NCBI GenBank assembly: GCA_000708835.1
Contig: DF237261.1
Coordinates: 1-64,000, forward strand
Source of the DNA: Klebsormidium nitens
Lineage: Eukaryota; Plantae; Klebsormidiophyceae
Length of the DNA stretch: 64,000 nucleotides
Direction: 5' to 3'
The position numbers and the translations under genes were made by a program. The notes under the pieces are model-generated. The model saw only the letters and a program-made list of their open reading frames with translations. It had not been told where the DNA came from and ran no database searches. Below, one piece after another: positions 58,443-64,000 of this stretch (the stretch's first letter is position 1; the number at the start of each line of letters is the position of its first letter).

Positions 58443-61400
58443 CTAAATTTTGAGCCACTTCGGTTTTGACTTGGGCGCTCTGGCCCCCCCCTCGCTTTCC
58501 GTCTGCTTTTTGCCAGCAGCTTGCATGGCCGCCCGTTTTCTCCCCGCCTCTCGCTCGGCCTCACCAATTTTTCCTAATCCCGGTGGCTGAGGCGCCTCCT
58601 CCCGTTTGTCTGTAACCCACTTTTGGAGGTACGGGCTTTCCGAGTCGGGTACGCTCGGCAAAACGGCTTCTGTGAAATCCAGAAAAAGGGACCGTCAGCA
58701 TCTCCTTTTGGTTCTGCTTTCCACACTGGCAGAAGGACCTTCGAACGGCACTCGCTTCATCATGCCAACACGAATCTGCGCATCTCGTTTCAATTGACTC
58801 GAAGGGCTGGGGTCGTCGTGCGAGTTAGGTGAGCAAGGGGACAGCGATTGCAAAGAGGAACGCAGGCAAGGGTTTGGAACGAAGTTACTGACTGAGCGCT
58901 TTCAGTAGCCTCGCCTCAAAGAGCCGATAGCTGCTAAATCGCCACACGCGAGTAGATGGGGAAAATCCGTTGTCCTTCGCTCTGGTCAACGTCTTGCAAA
59001 CCCGCTGATGATGATTCGCGACCAGCAAAGCAACTGATGTTCAGAGAACTCACATTCGATGAGCATTTCTGGGGCGCTTTTGCGCATCCAAGGAACCCCG
59101 ACAGAAGTAGCCGATGGAACATCATCTCAGCCTGGTCGCCGTTCATCTGACCAAGGCCCTCAGCAAGCCCATCGTGAACAAAGACGACAAAGGATATGCC
59201 TCCAGGGTGATCAAGACCCAAAAGTCAGTAGGATACCCCCACGTGGCACCTGACCTTTGTCATCGACGGCCCAAAAGACCTGCGCGAGCGGCACTAGCCC
59301 CGCCTCCCACAGCGTCCGGCTCCGGTCCACTAGCCGCTGCTTCGGTGGAACCGTGAAGAGATGCCACGTAGCGACGCCTGGTCGCACGATGGTCGAGATG
59401 AAAGCGTACAAGCCGTCGATTGTACTCTCGCTTGGGAAAGATGCCTCGACGACGTACAGATCTGGAAACTGGACTCTTATTTTTGTCTGCATGAGAAGGG
59501 ATGTCACGTCAGCGAGGGAGAGTGACGTCCGCGCAAGGGGGCGATCATCGATGTCGGTGCCAACCTGAGCGGCGGACGGCCGCCACACGTTCTAGAGGTG
59601 CAGAACAGGGCTTCAGTGGGATAAGCGCGTGGTGGGGTGAAAGGATATGAAAGGTTTCTGGCAAGTCGATGCAGTGTCAATTGAAGAGGCGACTGCGACT
59701 GAGAAATTTGGCGATGAATAAGAGGCATCAGACAAACAGGCTCGTGCAGGGGAGATCGCACTTGGAATGTTGGTAGGACTGTCAGTTTCTGTCACATTTT
59801 GTTCGTCTTATCGAGGAAACATCGGGCTTTAAACAGTTTTCGCTTCAACTCTCGACCAGAAACAGGAGGGCACAAAAGATCAAAGGACGCTCCTCACAGC
59901 TTGACCTTAGAGATGATGCTATTGATGAAAACCGCACTACGGATTCTAAGGAGTAGTGATGAGGCACCACAACTTAGAGTAGGCGCTCGTGATGAGGCAC
60001 CACAACTTAGAGTAGGCGCTCGTTTCTCTGAAAGGTGCAGTTTGAGAGGGGAGCCTTACAGATGAGAAGCGCGCACGTCGTTCTCGTTCCTCCTGCTCTC
60101 GCATCGCACGAGTCTTGAGCACCGCCTCCCCTGAACCAACGGCAGTACGTTTCTGATAGATGACATAGGCAGGGTGGAGAGTCTACCAATGGATCCCTTC
60201 TTGGGGAGACCACACCGAACGCATCGGTAAACCTGACTGTCAGCCTTCACACATCTGACACAAACTAAGGCCATTCGTTATATTCAACGGCCTAGTTCCG
60301 CAGGCTTTCTGATTTGCAGAATGGTCAATGAGAAATCGGCCAAAGATTCTGTGCGGCTTTTTCAGTAAGACAAGTTCGCAAAAGAACAGCTTTGATTATG
60401 AGCGTTCGAACTCTAGAAAACGTCCAGAAGAGGCTCAAACTCCTGCTGTCTGTAGGGCAACAGAACAACTGATGATGACCAGCCCAACGTAGGGACATAC
60501 ATCAACAAGTCAAAAAGACTGGTCTCCTTGAAAACAGAGTGGTTGCGAATGTTGGTATATTGGACTTCCAGCGTAATGGGCCACAGGAGAAGGACAAGAC
60601 ATGAACAAGTTACCGAAGAGGGGCTGCGTCAAGCTGTAGATACAAGCACAATTCTGCTGAAACGTTCTTACAGACCACGATGTTTATGGTCTTACCAGGC
60701 CTGTTCCCTTTCATTCTAAAGTAGTCCTCCGCTGTAAACTCATAGAAGTCGTCAGGCAGCTCATCTGCAAAGGGCAGCCACACCACTGTGATTGACAAAC
60801 ATGCCTGCATAAACCTATGACCATTCCCTCAATCCTGGCCTGTCTTTTGAAAGCCTCTCATAGGGGGTTGCCACATCTCCTCTGCAGCTCCTTTGAACAT
60901 CCTAAACAGGCTGACTCATCAATCAGAAGCAAATCGCCAAGCACAGCCTCCAATGAGTCGAGGATCTTTGCACGTTTTGCTACGTCCATGTTCCATTTTA
61001 AAGCCACTATAGCCATACATGGTGTTCTTATTGGAGCTAGAAGAGCAAAGACACAGACGCAAAGTGCAAGAAGAGTCTGATGAAAGATGGACCATTTCTG
61101 CATTATTCTTGGAGAAAGCAACTATCAACTGACGTGCTGACTTTACTGGACAACGTGGAAAAGAAAGAACGTAGAGAAGAAAGAAAAGAGTGGTCACATC
61201 GAAAGAAGCGGGTCGCCAGCATTACGGAGACAAACATAGACAAAATCTTTTGAAGATCATCAAATTCTTGCCATTAAGACCACCACCTTATAAATGGATT
61301 GCAACCTTATCATTCCAATGCTCTCACCTTGCTGGCTGGGACCAGCCGCCTCGTCCGGTGCCCCTGTGGTGCGCAGGTTCGTGCGCTGGAACACTCGTTC

Positions 61401-61454
61401 GAGGTGTCCTTGAAAATCGTTCACGCTCACGTTCACCTCCTTCCCTTCTTCCAT
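58443..61454 (-). CDS. PUX1: PUX1/TUG-like UBX-domain protein (CDC48 regulator)
   Basis: Exons ~61454-61328, ~60766-60706 (DELPDDFYEFTAEDY), ~60127-60058 (LKTRAMREQEE), ~59487-59256 (IRVQFPD..VEASFPSES...FTVPPKQ...AGLVP), ~58652-58443 (SPYL...KPKWLKI*). This matches the plant PUX1 layout. Confidence 0.85.
59956..60023 (+). repeat. Perfect 33-bp tandem duplication in a PUX intron
   Basis: GTGATGAGGCACCACAACTTAGAGTAGGCGCTC twice. Confidence 0.95.
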
Positions 61455-62121
61455 TGTGACACTTCTCCAGGCGCGATAGAAACGATCGAAACCAGGATTG
61501 GCCAGAGCTGTCGTTGCAGCTTTGTATTGGCCCGGACGCAGCCTTGATTGTTGTTAGCTGCAGTGCGGATTCTGAAAGCCGCTGATGTATAAAGAGTAAC
61601 GACCGCACAAGCAGGAACGGGTAGGTCCTTGGATCCGTGAGCAGCAACTGAACGCCAAGGAGCTTGTCCTACCGTATGTAGAGCTCTGCTTGATGGCTGC
61701 AAGTGCTTGCACAAGTTGGGCGATCGATGTGAAAATTTTACCATGAGAGAATTCTAGATGGGTCTGGTGCCGTCTTACTGCCGTTTAATAAGAACAACTA
61801 ACCAACAGGTGAAAGGCATAAAATGGACCAACCCCGTTCCGACACGTGTCCCCCCTGTTCAGAACAACTTACGCGCCAAGTCTCCGGTCGCCATCCACCG
61901 GCCAGGTTCCGAATCCGGTCAACTTTCCTAACTGGCCGTCCGGTTCCAGTTGCGCTCCGTCCGACTCGTCCAGTGCCCAAAGAGCTGCTTTTTGGCAGCT
62001 GCTCTTCGGCAGGTGGCCACGCAAGTCTGCCTGTTCTTCAAGACTGAGCTCAGTCAAGCTACATAGTTTAGACTTGTCCGGACGGCCAGGCTACGTGGCG
62101 CAGACTCCCAGGGAGGTCACA

Positions 62122-64000
62122 ATGGCGTCCCCATCATTCCAAGCAAGCGCAGTAGCCAGCAAGCAGCATTCTCTCCACTTCATCTTTGCACAACCCAGAA
62201 GCACCAGCTCGCTGTTCACCTTAGAAGACCGCGACAAGCTGTCTGATCTGCCACTTCATACGGTGGCTCAGGGACTGCAGGCTGAGCTGGCCAGACGGTG
62301 CCAGAGGGCAGCTACGACATGGCCCAGCAATTGCGAGCAGCTGCAGAATGCAGGGCGTGCTTGCTATAGCTGCTGGCGTTTAGTTTCAGGCTGCCAATTG
62401 TCTAATTCAAGAGTAGTCAATGTCAAGCGGTCAGCAGCTTGCAGCTTGGGAGCACCTTCATCACTCTGGCATAAGACAGCTGGCAGCAAAGTACCACTGA
62501 GTGACGCTGTACTTTAGAGCTGCTGGCATGGCGTCCGACCTGCGTTTCCGCTGGGAGAGGTAAGCGATATTCTTAAGTGAGTGTACCACGCATGAGGCAA
62601 GGGACGGCTGTTGCAAAGAGCGACTTCTGTCTGAGGGCTGGCAAGCAGGTCGGAGGCGGCCGTTTTCAGTCAAAAGGGAGTCGCTTTTCCTTTAGAGATG
62701 GATGGCGACTTTTGACTGCTGTCTCTGTGATGGCTGTATCGTGAAAGGACTTGATGATCGCTGAGCTGCTTCGCGCAAACTGTTCCATGCGAAGCTGACT
62801 TGCAACTCAAAGTCTCTCCTTTTCAGTGACCCGTCATCTCCTGAAGGATCAGAAGAGGACATCGAAGGTGTTGAGTATGCTCCTCGCTCTATCGACGGTT
62901 CAGATTCTGGACGCTCCCTGGAGGACTTCTTTAGTGATGGAGACTCTGTCAGCAGCCAAGCCCCGTCGTTCTACAGGGCGATTGACAACGAGAAAAGTCG
63001 AAGCCCGCTTCATATTCCAAAAGGTCTCGCTGGTGTTCTGAGCAAGGCTTTGGTGAGCTTGCTCTGTCTGGTTTTCTACTTCCCTTATAGCAGTGCCCGC
63101 CTCTTCTTCTCGAAAGGACTTTCGGATGCTGCTTGCGATGCCGAGCCTCTTGGACACGTTTGATATCTGGGTTGCAAGTCGCACAATCTCCATGAATCGG
63201 TTTGAAGGTGCTTTCCGGGCGGAGTTCCTGCTTGTAGAAACCTATATCAGCTGATTAGTCCATCCACTGGGGCAATGAAGGGACCCTTTGAAGGGGAATC
63301 GGACTTGTGCTTGCATCATGAGTTGCTCACCACGACCATGTATGGTGTGCAGGGGTATGTGACTACTTCCCCATCAGCTTTTTCCAGCGGCAGCAGCTTT
63401 AGAAAGCGGACCTGCTTAACGCCACCAGGCAACCCCCAGGTGAGAGAACAAGCTAGTACAGTTTCTGGGTGACTTGTGATTCAGGGGTAAGGTACTTTGC
63501 AACTGATCCTTGAGTACGAAGAAATCGAGTGATATCACCGCCCTGCCATTGGAAGCTCAGTGGGAACAAGCAACTGAAGTTCGCTTCGGATGCAGATCGT
63601 ATCTACTCGGCCCACATCCTGTTCGAGATCTAGATTTGTCCCTCTTTGTGTTCTCAGGCGTCTCCGCGTTGCTACATCCCAGCTGGTCCTCAGAGCTTTG
63701 CGAGCAAGAGGGCTTCAGTTGAAACCTCAGTTGGCGAGCCTAACCTCGGTTTGCCAGTGCGGAAGCGAGGAGGGCTTGGAAGGAAGCATCGGCGGGTCAT
63801 CCTCTCGCTATGACTCGGGCAGCGACTTGGATATGCTGACGTCAAAATATGACGACGAGAACGAGGAGAGCATGCCAGTAGTGGATTCGAGCGCTGAGCG
63901 TATCCTGGCCGTTGATGGGAAGGTGCTCCAAAAGGCTGCGGAGCGCGCGCCTTTCTCGCAGCTCAATACGGCCCCGGACCTTCAGCGCACAAGCGAGGTC
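62122..64000 (+). CDS. 5' part of an uncharacterized Ser/acidic-rich protein gene, continuing past the window
   Basis: ATG 62122 (MASPSFQ...). Exon-like open stretches ~62828-63051 (DPSSPEGSEED...SKAL|GTGAG), ~63260-63439 (…PPGNPQ|GTGAG) and ~63760-64000 (EGSIGGSSSRYDSGSD..., open to the end). No recognizable domain. Confidence 0.4.

Noticed and set aside
60858-61121. ORF KRAKILDSLEAVLGDLL as a PUX1 exon
   Set aside because: Exon 1 splices in phase directly to the DELPDDFY exon, so this lies in an intron.

Overview
Eukaryotic nuclear DNA with GC-rich exons and many GT-AG introns, so most ORF-track entries are exon fragments or antisense shadows. Gene content and style suggest a streptophyte alga such as Klebsormidium (inference). 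Host genes reconstructed by hand-splicing: an ING-family PHD protein, a plant-specific A_thal_3526-domain protein, pyruvate decarboxylase, a PAO5/SMOX-type polyamine oxidase, a membrane-anchored RLK/Pelle kinase, a two-pore channel, an ABHD1/2/3-type hydrolase, a PUX1-like UBX protein, and an unknown gene running off the right end. A 219-bp hAT-type MITE with an 8-bp TSD is also present. The standout is the left ~7 kb. It holds a virus-type PrimPol-like primase + Zn finger + UL9-like (origin-binding) SF2 helicase fusion of about 1,020 aa, split by four phase-correct spliceosomal introns. A small virus-like ORF is transcribed divergently from it, and one family of GC-box/AT-rich repeats recurs between the two genes and inside two introns, resembling origin iterons. 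Second highlights: the two-pore channel has a non-canonical acidic selectivity filter (TGSN/SEAD), and many introns carry degenerate tandem 'echo' copies of the adjacent splice junction.
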